NCBI GenBank assembly: GCA_902727935.1
Contig: CACVAX010000050.1
Coordinates: forward strand, 3,475-67,474
DNA length: 64,000 nt
From: an uncultured Sulfurovum sp.
GTDB taxonomy: Bacteria > Campylobacterota > Campylobacteria > Campylobacterales > Sulfurovaceae
Direction: 5' to 3'
In this document: piece by piece, positions 1 to 9,387 of the stretch
Layout of the letters: the number at the start of each line of letters is the position of its first letter
How positions within the stretch are numbered: the stretch's first letter is position 1
Notes under the pieces: model-generated
What the model was told of the DNA's origin: nothing
What the model saw: only the letters and a program-made list of their open reading frames with translations
Databases searched by the model: none
Program-made: the position numbers and the translations under genes

Positions 1-404
1 ATTTTTCCACCATTTGACTTATAAGTAGTTGCTAACCCTCTTACCTCTGCTCCAATGTACTCATTAAAGTCATAACCAGCACGCACAAGAACCCCTCCTG
101 TCTTATCAACACCATCACAACCGACACGAGGAACACCACAACTACTATCATATCGAGCTGCTGCAAGTCCTAGACCAACATAAACAGATGAAATATCAGC
201 AACAGGTTCGACAACAACAGCAGGAGGAGGTACATTAACCACAACAGCTGTTTCTACAGGAGGTACAACAGGTACAACTGAAATAACTTCAGCAGCTCTA
301 ATATCTTCAACTTCATAAGGAGTCAGTTCTACGATATCTCCTCCTGCTACCAATAAATTGCTACAAGCGATTAAACTAACAATTGATAATTGAACTTTTT
401 TCAT
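1..404 (-). CDS. Outer-membrane beta-barrel (porin-family) protein, 3' end outside the window
   Basis: Read manually because it is absent from the ORF track. ATG at 404 gives MKKVQLSIVSLIACSNLLVAGGDIV..., a Pro/Val-rich linker, then YVGLGL...RAGYDFNEYIGAEVR beta-strand pattern. Open to position 1. Confidence 0.75.
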   Translation of the reverse strand, partial: MKKVQLSIVSLIACSNLLVAGGDIVELTPYEVEDIRAAEVISVVPVVPPVETAVVVNVPPPAVVVEPVADISSVYVGLGLAAARYDSSCGVPRVGCDGVDKTGGVLVRAGYDFNEYIGAEVRGLATTYKSNGGK

Positions 405-564
405 TTTATTTCCTAAAAATATAAATTTTATAGGAATAGAATAACAAAAGAAAAGCTATTTATTATTTAAAACTTAAATTAATATTCTATATTTTATAAA
501 AAAGCTAATATTTAAAAATATAAAATAATAAAGCTAATTATGCTTTATTATTTGTCATGAATAA

Positions 565-1356
565 TTACCAATCTAAGGTTAAAAAGATAATAGAGATGAA
601 TAGATCAGCAATAAAGATAGTCACCGATGACAGAACAACTGCTTTGGTTGTTGAAATACCCACCCCTTTTGCCCCACCAGAGGTATGATAACCAACATAA
701 GTACCAATTGTACCAATAAGATAACCATAAACCAAACCTTTAATTACTCCTGTTCCAATATCAGAAAAATGTAAAAGTTGGGTAATACTGTCTTGGTAGA
801 CCACAGGATTCATATCAAGCCCAAGCCAAGCCATGAGAAAAGCTGAAGTATTTGAAATAACATTAAAAGCCAAAACTAACAAAGGTACAGCAATGGTTGT
901 GGCAATCACTCTAGGAGCTAATAAATACTTTTTAGAATCCACAGCCAAAGTCTCTATGGCATCTATCTGTTCAGTGACCCTCATCGTACCTAATTCTGCT
1001 GACATGGATGAAATGGCTTGTGCAGTAACCATTAATCCAACAAGTAGGGGTGATAATTCTCTGGTAATAGAGATAAAAATGGTGTACCCCATAAAACTCT
1101 CTGCCCCAAATTTTGAAAATCCTTGATAGAGTTGAACAGCTTCAATTAATCCTAAAAAAAGTGCCGTTAAAAAGATAACCCCAAACGTACCAATGGCAAT
1201 CACTTCGACCTGCTCAAATATCTGTTTAATACGCCATGGACGCTTAAACATAAGAACCGTAAGCTTCATTTGAAAAATAATGTAAGCCCCAAATTTTTCC
1301 ATGCTTTTCATAAAACGAACAAAAGGTGTACCAATAAATGCGAATATCGTTTCCAT
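565..1356 (-). CDS. mlaE: MlaE-family lipid-asymmetry ABC permease
   Basis: RELSP, SAELGTMRVTEQIDAIETL and GAKGVGISTT motifs; multiple TM segments. Confidence 0.9.
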   Translation of the reverse strand: METIFAFIGTPFVRFMKSMEKFGAYIIFQMKLTVLMFKRPWRIKQIFEQVEVIAIGTFGVIFLTALFLGLIEAVQLYQGFSKFGAESFMGYTIFISITRELSPLLVGLMVTAQAISSMSAELGTMRVTEQIDAIETLAVDSKKYLLAPRVIATTIAVPLLVLAFNVISNTSAFLMAWLGLDMNPVVYQDSITQLLHFSDIGTGVIKGLVYGYLIGTIGTYVGYHTSGGAKGVGISTTKAVVLSSVTIFIADLFISIIFLTLDW

Positions 1357-1411
1357 GTATTTCTTTTTAATTTTTGTTTATTTTATCTAAAAAACATGCT
1401 AAACTAACTGT

Positions 1412-1780
1412 ATGAAAATTGGAACAGACATTAGCGTTGTTGCTCGAATAGAGAACGCTCACAACAAATTTGGCACAAAATTTTTAGACAAATTTTTAAA
1501 TGAAGAGGAACAGCAACTTTCTCAAAAAGCCAACAGTCTTGCTGGATATTGGGCTGCCAAAGAAGCCATTGCTAAAGCTTTAGGTTGTGGCATTGGTGCT
1601 GAATTAAGCTTTCATGACATTATTCTTTATAAAGATAAAAAAAATGCACCTCACTTTAAACTAAGCACAAAAGCACAAAAACTTCATCAAATACAAAACT
1701 CCTCTTTATCCATTGCCCATGATGGTGGTTTTGCCATTGCCATTGCCCTTGTAAGCCAAATCAACAACGAACATAACTAA
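1412..1780 (+). CDS. acpS: Holo-ACP synthase
   Basis: IGTDI, WAAKEAIAKALG and SIAHD motifs. Confidence 0.95.
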   Translation: MKIGTDISVVARIENAHNKFGTKFLDKFLNEEEQQLSQKANSLAGYWAAKEAIAKALGCGIGAELSFHDIILYKDKKNAPHFKLSTKAQKLHQIQNSSLSIAHDGGFAIAIALVSQINNEHN

Positions 1781-1797
1781 ACTTTTATGGAGTTTCA

Positions 1798-2213
1798 CTA
1801 AAGTGTTCTAGCAGTCTCAATATCCAAACTCACAAAACCTTTGTCGTTTGTCAATATGATTTGTGCTTCTATATTTTTTGCACAGACATATTGCAAGGCA
1901 TCTTCATAATCTCTAAACTTATTTGTCTCATCCATACACAACTCTATAGCTTCCAGTGTATCTGACTGCACCACAGGAACAACCGAAAAAAGTAAAATAA
2001 CTTTTTTCATTAAATCTAATAATGTATTCTTGGTATATTTTTTTTGTCTACTTACGATGTAAAATGCATTTGTAACCGTGTCAGAATTAATGTAAAGTAT
2101 TGAACCCAAAGCTATTTTCTCACGTATAAGTATTAGAGTACCTTTAGCAAAAGGTCTTGTACTGTCTAATAAATCTATAAAAAATTGGTATCAACATAGG
2201 CTTTACTTTCCAT
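1798..2213 (-). pseudogene. PIN-domain (VapC-like) toxin, frameshifted
   Basis: ATG at 2213 gives MESKAYVDTNFL-stop. The PIN sequence continues in another frame (IDLLDSTRPFA...DYEDALQY...ILTNDKGF). One base is missing at the T6 run (2179-2184). Confidence 0.8.
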
Positions 2214-2451
2214 ACTTATCCATTGCATGTTCAATTCGTGATGCTTTTGCATCTACATCCGTTAGAAGACCATGGAACGAGTCACTTATTTCATCAAATA
2301 GTGCTAATTTTTTCCGAATCAATATCTCTTTATAACGCTCTTCTATCGCTTCTTGAACTACCTGTGTTTGTGTCTTACCATCAAGTTTTGCTATCTCTTC
2401 TATATGTTTAGCTATTTCACTATCAAAGATAAAATTTTTACGTACAGTCAT
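2203..2451 (-). CDS. Putative antitoxin (RHH/CopG-like)
   Basis: 82 aa, N-terminal beta-strand-helix-helix pattern (VRKNFIFD...TQTQVVQEAI); overlaps the start of the PIN gene. Confidence 0.7.
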   Translation of the reverse strand: MTVRKNFIFDSEIAKHIEEIAKLDGKTQTQVVQEAIEERYKEILIRKKLALFDEISDSFHGLLTDVDAKASRIEHAMDKYGK

Positions 2452-2473
2452 TACTTATCCTTTATATGTATTT

Positions 2474-2489
2474 TAGTATATGTATACTA
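2474..2489. promoter_or_regulatory. Palindrome upstream of the TA operon (candidate autorepression operator)
   Basis: TAGTATA-TG-TATACTA just upstream of the antitoxin RBS. Confidence 0.4.
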
Positions 2490-2523
2490 GCATATTCAAC
2501 TTATAGTACCAAAAATTATAAAA

Positions 2524-3714
2524 CTAATTCAAAAACCCAAACAACCATAGGGGTATCTTTTTATTATTCACCGTATAATCCATGTCGGCTACCACAAAAG
2601 AGTTCTCCACATCTTTAATCTGTTTAAAGCTTTTATTTCTTCCACCTATCTCAAAAATATACTCTCCAACTCTAAAGTCACCAACATCGCTGTAAAAGAT
2701 CTTATCAAACGCATTAGCAAAAAAAGTTTCACGTACCGTTCCTATCTCTACCTCTCTATCAAATTCATTGGCATAGCTGTAGAGTATGTTCAAGTTTGAA
2801 AAAAGCAATTTATCAGGTTTTTTTGAGATTTTTGTTGAGTACTTCTTCACAGGGGTAAAGATTCGACTCTTCTCTAAAATCTCAAAATAAGTATAAAGTG
2901 TTGGCTCACTTATGCCAAATTCTCTGGAAAGTTTTGCCACATTCACTTGAAACGGTTGCCCAGCTTCAATAAGCCTAAAAATCAACTTCTTAAAAATCAC
3001 AACATGAGAAAAATCTATTTTATTGAGAGAGGGAATATCTTCATTAATCACCTTGTCTAAAGCATTAAAAAGTTTTGAGCTAAAATTCTTTTTCCCTTCC
3101 ATAAAAAATGGATACGCTCCATACTCCAAGTACTCTTTAAAAAGTGAATAGAGATCATCATGTTTAAACACCAAATTCGAGCTAAGTTGTTCAGCATTTT
3201 GTAAAATATCTTCAAGTACTAACTTTTCAAATTTCTCTAATTTTTGCAAGGAAAAAAACTCTCTAAATGACAAATGAGGCACTTTATACAACACAAGCCT
3301 ACGACTTAAATCATATTTTTCATAAAGTATGTTTATCATTGAACTTCCCGATATTCTTACTTTTATATCGGGAAAACTGTCATAAATATTCTTTATCTCA
3401 CCTGCCCAGTTTTTGTATTTATGAATCTCATCTATCACTACAAGCTTACGTCCTAAGTTATACGCTTCATCCACAAGGTCATAAAGCCGTAGGTCTTGAA
3501 AGACAACATCATCAGCTGAAAAATAGAGGTATGTTTCCTTAGCCTGTTTCAAATACTGTAAAAGAAGCGTTGTTTTCCCCACACCACGAGGTCCAATAAT
3601 ACCGATAAGTTTTTCATCTTCTTCCAGATATTCCAAGTAGTCTGTACGTATAAAGTCGGTTGAAACTTGTGAAATGAGTAAGTTTTGTTTTCGTAAAAAG
3701 TAGTTGATATTCAT
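2524..3714 (-). CDS. AAA_14/DUF4143-type ATPase
   Basis: Walker A GPRGVGKTT, Walker B VVIDEIH, YGAYP, HTH-like KLSREFGISEPTL, and C-terminal GDF...FEIGG nuclease-like motif. Confidence 0.85.
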   Translation of the reverse strand: MNINYFLRKQNLLISQVSTDFIRTDYLEYLEEDEKLIGIIGPRGVGKTTLLLQYLKQAKETYLYFSADDVVFQDLRLYDLVDEAYNLGRKLVVIDEIHKYKNWAGEIKNIYDSFPDIKVRISGSSMINILYEKYDLSRRLVLYKVPHLSFREFFSLQKLEKFEKLVLEDILQNAEQLSSNLVFKHDDLYSLFKEYLEYGAYPFFMEGKKNFSSKLFNALDKVINEDIPSLNKIDFSHVVIFKKLIFRLIEAGQPFQVNVAKLSREFGISEPTLYTYFEILEKSRIFTPVKKYSTKISKKPDKLLFSNLNILYSYANEFDREVEIGTVRETFFANAFDKIFYSDVGDFRVGEYIFEIGGRNKSFKQIKDVENSFVVADMDYTVNNKKIPLWLFGFLN

Positions 3715-3757
3715 AGTAAAACCTAAGTATGTTTTACTTATTATAGTATTTTTTGTT

Positions 3758-3820
3758 TAAATACCTAAATATACTTAGGTATTTTTATATTAAATACGTA
3801 AATAGGGTTAGGTATTTTTA
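3758..3820. repeat. Two tandem 30-bp palindromic boxes upstream of the AAA ATPase
   Basis: TAAATACCTAAATATACTTAGGTATTTTTA (3758-3787) and TAAATACGTAAATAGGGTTAGGTATTTTTA (3791-3820); 26/30 identical, 33-bp period. Confidence 0.75.
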
Positions 3821-4165
3821 CTATTTATACTTTTTTGTCTCTCTAATAAACCAACGCTTCAAACTCTTCTTTAAACGATGATAACAGCCCTCTTTATCCT
3901 CTAAAAGTAAAATAAAATCAGGTTCAAATTTTGCACCATCTCTACTTTTATCAAAACTAAAAATATCAAAAGACTTTTCATTTCGTATAAGCCGAACATC
4001 TGTATAACTCTTTTTTAACTCACTCATATTCGCTTTTACAAACTCTACAAAATGTTTCTCTTCACTCGTTCCATTATGTGGTTCAAAAATATACCAATCC
4101 TCTTCTCTATGAATAGGACTGTCGCTCTCTTTAAATCTCTCTAATAGTGTTTTTATAGCTCTTTT
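3821..4165 (-). pseudogene. Fragment of a type III restriction endonuclease (Res) C-terminal region
   Basis: Open frame from 4165 reads DWYIFEPHNGTSEEKHFVEF...LIRNEKSF...GAKFEPDFILLL. It has no helicase part and ends before the expected E-x-K motif. Confidence 0.65.
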
Positions 4166-4286
4166 CTACTATTATACTTAATTTAAATTTGATTTTGAAT
4201 TACTGTGTACAAAACTCTATTATTATTTTCTACACGAATTTTGTGTATAATTATCTTTAAAATAAAATATTAATCTAGGAGTTATT

Positions 4287-4715
4287 ATGCATAAGATTAT
4301 ATTAGCCTTAGTTCTTAGTTCGGTTCTCCTTTTAGGAAAAGCTATTGAACCTAAGGTAATGAGAGCATCAGATGGTCACCATCGACAATACTATTCCAAC
4401 AGTTATCATACACATGACAGAGAAGAGCAACTCATCTCATCTACAGCAGAAATAAGTAGTGTCATCAGTATTGAAGGTACATCTCAAATAACTTCTAGGC
4501 AACATCATAGTCCAGCGAGACTAAGCTATTTAGATAATAACCGTATTGACATAATTCAAAATATTGCAAAAGGTCAAGGAGAACACTTATCCACCCTACT
4601 TACCATGATGAATATTTCAAATGATAAAAAGAAATTAGAAAAAATACAAAAAAGTTTTGAGAAACTTATCTATTTATCTCATAATGATTTTCTTAACAAA
4701 CTCAAAGAACTTTAA
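4287..4715 (+). CDS. Secreted DUF3015-like protein (divergent paralogue)
   Basis: Signal peptide; IAKGQGEHLSTL matches ISNGQGEALSTL in 8940-9380. Confidence 0.65.
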   Translation: MHKIILALVLSSVLLLGKAIEPKVMRASDGHHRQYYSNSYHTHDREEQLISSTAEISSVISIEGTSQITSRQHHSPARLSYLDNNRIDIIQNIAKGQGEHLSTLLTMMNISNDKKKLEKIQKSFEKLIYLSHNDFLNKLKEL

Positions 4716-4740
4716 GAGTTAAATATAGTCACCATCAACT

Positions 4741-5076
4741 TTATGATTTCATGCCAATTAACTCTTCAATAACTTCTATATAATTATCTCGACTTTCAGA
4801 ACCTGTAAACTTTTCTTGTGGTGCACCATTTTTTACAAAGTAAACAGTAGGAACTGTTCTAGCACCATACTTAGCTACAAGTTTTTGTTGCTCATCAACA
4901 TTGACTTTTCCAACAACAAGCTTTCCATCATACTTAATAGAAAGTTCATCAATAAGTGGGTTAATCATTCTACAAGGTCCACACCATGCAGCCCAAAAAT
5001 CTACTAGCACAGGAAGCTTTGAATTAATAACAAGATCATCAAAATTTTCTTCGGTTAACTCTATTACTTTAGTCAT
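4741..5076 (-). CDS. Thioredoxin (second copy)
   Basis: DFWAAWCGPC motif. Confidence 0.92.
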   Translation of the reverse strand: MTKVIELTEENFDDLVINSKLPVLVDFWAAWCGPCRMINPLIDELSIKYDGKLVVGKVNVDEQQKLVAKYGARTVPTVYFVKNGAPQEKFTGSESRDNYIEVIEELIGMKS

Positions 5077-5085
5077 GACTGGCTA

Positions 5086-6027
5086 CTAGTCCATCTCTTG
5101 AATGTAAGAAAGAACTTGTAAAGCAGCGATAGAACCATCACCAGCAGCAGAGACTACTTGTTTTGGTGCTTCTATTCGTAAGTCACCTGCAGCATAAAGT
5201 CCTGCAACTGAAGTTCTCATACTAAGGTCAACGATAACTTGACCTGACGCATTGGTTTTACAAATAAATTCATCTTTTTCATCTTTGAGTACTTCATTTC
5301 TAACATTTAAACCAACAAAGACAAAAAGTCCTGTATTTGGCATGTCGGTAATTTCATTGGTTTTGGTATTTTTGATTTTAACCCCATCTAGTCCCATCAT
5401 ACCACCGTAAGCTTCTTCAATAACCGAGTCGGTTACAAGGTGAATATTCTCTTTTTTTAAGACCCTTTCCATGGTTGGAGGAGCTGCTCTAAAGGTCTCT
5501 CTTCGGTGTACCACATACACGTCAGAACAAATATTAGAAAGATAGAGTGCTTCCTCTAAAGCCGTATCTCCTCCACCAAGCACGGTTACTGGTTTTCCTT
5601 TATAAAAGAAGCCATCACAAGTAGCACAAGTGGAAACACCTTTACCAAAGAATTCATCTTCCCCATTGAATCCTGCTCTTTTAGGCACAGACCCCGTACA
5701 AACAATCACCGTTAAAGCTTCAACCTTAGTACCATTTTCAAGGACAATGGTAAAATATTCTCCTGTTTTCGTAATATTATCCACCTTTTTCATCTCATGC
5801 TTTAAACCAAAATGAAAACACTGCTCTTGCCAAGTATTCATCATGTCCATCCCTGTTTTACCCTCTTCAAAAAATCCAGGATAATTTTCTATTTCAGAAC
5901 TCTGCGTAATTTGTCCACCAGGCATTCCCATTTCAAAAAGACTTACTCTTTTAAGACCCCCACGAGTCGCATACAGTCCAGCCGTAAGACCAGCTGGTCC
6001 TCCACCAATAATTGCACAATCTAACAT
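5086..6027 (-). CDS. trxB: Thioredoxin-disulfide reductase
   Basis: GGGPAG, CATCDG and GGGDTA motifs. Confidence 0.96.
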   Translation of the reverse strand: MLDCAIIGGGPAGLTAGLYATRGGLKRVSLFEMGMPGGQITQSSEIENYPGFFEEGKTGMDMMNTWQEQCFHFGLKHEMKKVDNITKTGEYFTIVLENGTKVEALTVIVCTGSVPKRAGFNGEDEFFGKGVSTCATCDGFFYKGKPVTVLGGGDTALEEALYLSNICSDVYVVHRRETFRAAPPTMERVLKKENIHLVTDSVIEEAYGGMMGLDGVKIKNTKTNEITDMPNTGLFVFVGLNVRNEVLKDEKDEFICKTNASGQVIVDLSMRTSVAGLYAAGDLRIEAPKQVVSAAGDGSIAALQVLSYIQEMD

Positions 6028-6130
6028 AGTTATATTCCTTATATTTAATAAATTTTTATAAAAATAATGTGTTAGCTTATATTATTTATATAAAGATTTT
6101 GTTTAGAGAGAAATATAGGGAGGAGAAAAT

Positions 6131-6155
6131 TATTCCTACGTAAAACGTAGGAATA
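6131..6155 (-). terminator. Hairpin downstream of trxA
   Basis: TATTCCTACG-TAAAA-CGTAGGAATA perfect 10-bp inverted repeat. Confidence 0.65.
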
Positions 6156-6163
6156 GAAAGTAA

Positions 6164-6484
6164 TTAAGCAAGTTGAGCATTAATTTTATCAGCAAATGCA
6201 TCTTTAGAAGCTGCACCAACTACTTGGTCTACTAATTCACCATCTTTAAAGAAAAGAATCGCTGGAATTGATCTAATTCCATATTTAACAGAAATCTCTT
6301 GTTGCTCATCTGTATTTACTTTTGCAATGGTCGCTTTACCTTCATAGTCTTCAGCCAATTCTTCAACTACTGGAGCAATCATTCTACAAGGTCCACACCA
6401 TGGAGCCCAAAAATCTACCATTGTTACGCCTTCAGCGATTGTTGCATCAAAGTTTTCTTGTGTTAAGTCAATATATTTACCCAT
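6164..6484 (-). CDS. trxA: Thioredoxin
   Basis: DFWAPWCGPC; upstream of trxB. Confidence 0.96.
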   Translation of the reverse strand: MGKYIDLTQENFDATIAEGVTMVDFWAPWCGPCRMIAPVVEELAEDYEGKATIAKVNTDEQQEISVKYGIRSIPAILFFKDGELVDQVVGAASKDAFADKINAQLA

Positions 6485-6612
6485 ATTGTTTGTTCCTTAA
6501 ATTTTAATTCTTAGTGTTTACCAACGTAGTATACACTAACTATGTTTATAAATTATGGAATACATAATTTAAAGTAAACGATTTATACCTCATATAAGAT
6601 AAATTGTCAAGT

Positions 6613-7395
6613 TTAACCTAACAAAATCTCTCGATACTCTGAAGAACGACTACCTTTTAAGGCATTTGTCTTTTTTCCTTTGACCGTATAAACAAAAGAG
6701 ACTTTTGGCTTTAAACTGTTGTTTTTGTTGGCTCGATGTAAGAGTTTACAATGAAAAATCACCACATCGCCTGTTTCTAAAAAAGTTGAACATTTACTCT
6801 TAATAAGTTCAAGATTTTTTACGTTGTCTTCTTTAAAGTACTCTTTTTCACCAAACTGTTCTTTAGAAAAAGAGAGTCTATGACTTTTAGGAATAAACTC
6901 TAACACACCATTTTCATTATTTTCCTCACCTAAGGCTAACCAAATACTCACTAGATTATTATCATCATAAGACCAATAACGTCTGTCTTGATGCCATGAA
7001 GTTTCTGTACTTTGATTGGGTAACTTAGTCATAATAGAGTTATGATGAGCCGTGGTCAACACAACTTCATCAAAAAGAACTTGTCTAAGAATAGGACGGA
7101 TTTTTTTATTTTCCATCCAGTTCTTAAACAAAATATCTCGGTCATAGACCTGTCGAAGTCGTCTAACAGTTGAGGTCTTTTTATTTTCTATACTATTATA
7201 ATCCGTAATATCTCGACGATACGCTTCAGACTTAGTACCATAATCAATCTCACTCTCTATGGGTTCTACCTTATGCTTTAAATGGGCTAAAGCAACATCT
7301 AAAATTGCTTCACAGGATGCTTTATCCAAAAAGTTACGTAACACTAAGAACCCATTTGTATTAAACTCATTTAACTCATTTTGAGTCAACTTCAT
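6613..7395 (-). CDS. PhyH-family Fe(II)/2-oxoglutarate dioxygenase
   Basis: WHQD...GDVVIFH...H.A facial-triad motifs. Confidence 0.88.
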   Translation of the reverse strand: MKLTQNELNEFNTNGFLVLRNFLDKASCEAILDVALAHLKHKVEPIESEIDYGTKSEAYRRDITDYNSIENKKTSTVRRLRQVYDRDILFKNWMENKKIRPILRQVLFDEVVLTTAHHNSIMTKLPNQSTETSWHQDRRYWSYDDNNLVSIWLALGEENNENGVLEFIPKSHRLSFSKEQFGEKEYFKEDNVKNLELIKSKCSTFLETGDVVIFHCKLLHRANKNNSLKPKVSFVYTVKGKKTNALKGSRSSEYREILLG

Positions 7396-7432
7396 AAGTA
7401 AACCTTTTTATAAAAGTAAGTGCTTATTATAC

Positions 7433-8824
7433 CTAATAATTCACCTCAAACTCGGAAGTAAATTCATATTCTTCTTTAGCTTTTAAGTGAATGATAAACT
7501 CGCGAACAAAAGCATTTTTCTTTTTAACTGAACAGTTATCTTTACACGATGTTTTAAGTGTAATGTCATTACCATAAACAGGGATACTTTCTACTAATCT
7601 AAGTTCTAATGGCTCTTTTCCTTGGTTTCGTACATTATAAGTGGTCTCTACATTTCGATAATGCTTTTTAGCCACATATTTAGTCACTGTTTTTTCACCC
7701 ACTGCATCAAACAGTGTGCCAATGGCTAAGGTTACATTTTCATCTTCTGGAATATTTAAAATCCGTGCTTCCCCTATAAAGTGGGTTGCTTCACTGCTAT
7801 CTTTTTGATACATGCGTGCCACACCAGAAGGCAAAGAGATGCCCATGTTGTTCTCTTTTTTATTTTCAAAGCTTATGGTATTGCTAAACTGTAGTTTCTG
7901 CTCTGCCCCTTTTTCAAAATAGCTGTTAATATAATTTCCATACTGATGATACTTCACCTCTTTTTTATCGATAAATGAAATCTGTTTTTGCTCTTTGTTG
8001 GCAATGGTTTCTCTAAAAGGAATTTTATAAATATGATATCCAGAAAATGCCTCCTCTTGCACTGCATCCATTTCCATCACAGGTGCTATCCTGCTTCCAA
8101 AACCTCTCGACTTTGTATACACAGCTTGTTCAGGCACAGCATTTACCTCACCAGCCAAACAAGTAATCTCTGCATTTTCATATGCCACACCAGAATTGTT
8201 ATTAACCGTAATCCATCCTGTTAAATTTAATACGTCTTTTTGAAGATTTAACACATAGTCACTTTTCCATGAGATACCACGTGTCAAGTACTTTAGGTCA
8301 ATGCCCATTTCGCCCTCTTTTTGAGCTTCCATATTCCATACTAAACTGGGCTTGGTTATCATATTGACAGGTACTTGCGAGAAAATCACTTGCGTAGGAC
8401 TGCTCAGAGTAAAAATTTTACCTGTACTGTTCTCTTTAATCATAACATGAGGAGAAGCCGAAAGCACAATGCCTTTAGAAAGCGTTGGCTCTTTTTCATT
8501 AGAGTAAAACGCGACCTCTTGGTCAATGCTTTTTTCTAACATGGAAGACAAGGAAACAAGATCATAGATATAGTTTTGAGAATAAAGCTTACTGTGCATC
8601 CCTGTAAAAGTAGGCACAACAGACTCGGTAATCACCGAACTTGGAACACCTTCATAAACCAGTTTCTGATGTCCTGCTTTAAGCATTACTTTACGCGTAT
8701 CGTTTATGAATGCTTTGTTGTTATTATAAATGGTAATTTTTAAGTCAGAACCACTTGAAGGCACGACCACATTAGAAAAAGAAAGTGTTGAAAGAAGAAG
8801 GCTTGAATAGATTATTTTATACAT
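7433..8824 (-). CDS. Exported DUF4139/DUF4140-type protein
   Basis: Signal peptide; ITIYNNN, YLTRGISW, GWITVNNNSG and LPSG.AR.Y motifs. Confidence 0.75.
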   Translation of the reverse strand: MYKIIYSSLLLSTLSFSNVVVPSSGSDLKITIYNNNKAFINDTRKVMLKAGHQKLVYEGVPSSVITESVVPTFTGMHSKLYSQNYIYDLVSLSSMLEKSIDQEVAFYSNEKEPTLSKGIVLSASPHVMIKENSTGKIFTLSSPTQVIFSQVPVNMITKPSLVWNMEAQKEGEMGIDLKYLTRGISWKSDYVLNLQKDVLNLTGWITVNNNSGVAYENAEITCLAGEVNAVPEQAVYTKSRGFGSRIAPVMEMDAVQEEAFSGYHIYKIPFRETIANKEQKQISFIDKKEVKYHQYGNYINSYFEKGAEQKLQFSNTISFENKKENNMGISLPSGVARMYQKDSSEATHFIGEARILNIPEDENVTLAIGTLFDAVGEKTVTKYVAKKHYRNVETTYNVRNQGKEPLELRLVESIPVYGNDITLKTSCKDNCSVKKKNAFVREFIIHLKAKEEYEFTSEFEVNY

Positions 8825-8899
8825 GTGTATCCTTTTTATTAAAAAATGATTATAGCATTTAAATGTATATTTTTGACGGATTGATTTAAAAAAAAATCA

Positions 8900-8908
8900 T
8901 GCTATAAT
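8900..8908 (+). promoter_or_regulatory. Extended -10 sigma70 promoter
   Basis: TGCTATAAT 31 bp upstream of the ATG at 8940. Confidence 0.6.
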
Positions 8909-8939
8909 TTCCCTTCAAAAACATTAAAGGATTTACAAT

Positions 8940-9380
8940 ATGAATAAAACATTATTTATAGCAGCAGCAACAACTATCTTAGTAACAGCATCATTCGCGA
9001 ACCCAAATACAGGTTGTGGATTAGGTAACGAAGTAATTTCAAATCAAGATTCAGTACTGATGCAAGTTTTCGCAGCAACCACCAATGGAACATCTGGAAA
9101 TCAAACTTTTGGTATCACTTCTGGAACATCTGGATGTGCTAAACCAGCTAAATTTGTTTCTAATGACAGAGCCAACGAGTTTGTAGCAGGAAACATGGAT
9201 GTTCTAGCATTAGACATTTCAAATGGTCAAGGTGAAGCACTAAGTACACTTGCAACACTTTTAAATATTTCTAACCCTGATACATTTGCTACTGTACTTC
9301 AAGCAAACTTTGATAAAATTTATACTTCTTCAAATGTAACTTCTGCCAATGTTATTGATAACATTGTTGCTTTAGGATAA
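8940..9380 (+). CDS. DUF3015 family secreted protein
   Basis: Signal peptide; GCGLG...ATTNGTSGNQTFGITSGTSGC signature. Confidence 0.85.
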   Translation: MNKTLFIAAATTILVTASFANPNTGCGLGNEVISNQDSVLMQVFAATTNGTSGNQTFGITSGTSGCAKPAKFVSNDRANEFVAGNMDVLALDISNGQGEALSTLATLLNISNPDTFATVLQANFDKIYTSSNVTSANVIDNIVALG

Positions 9381-9387
9381 TCATTTA

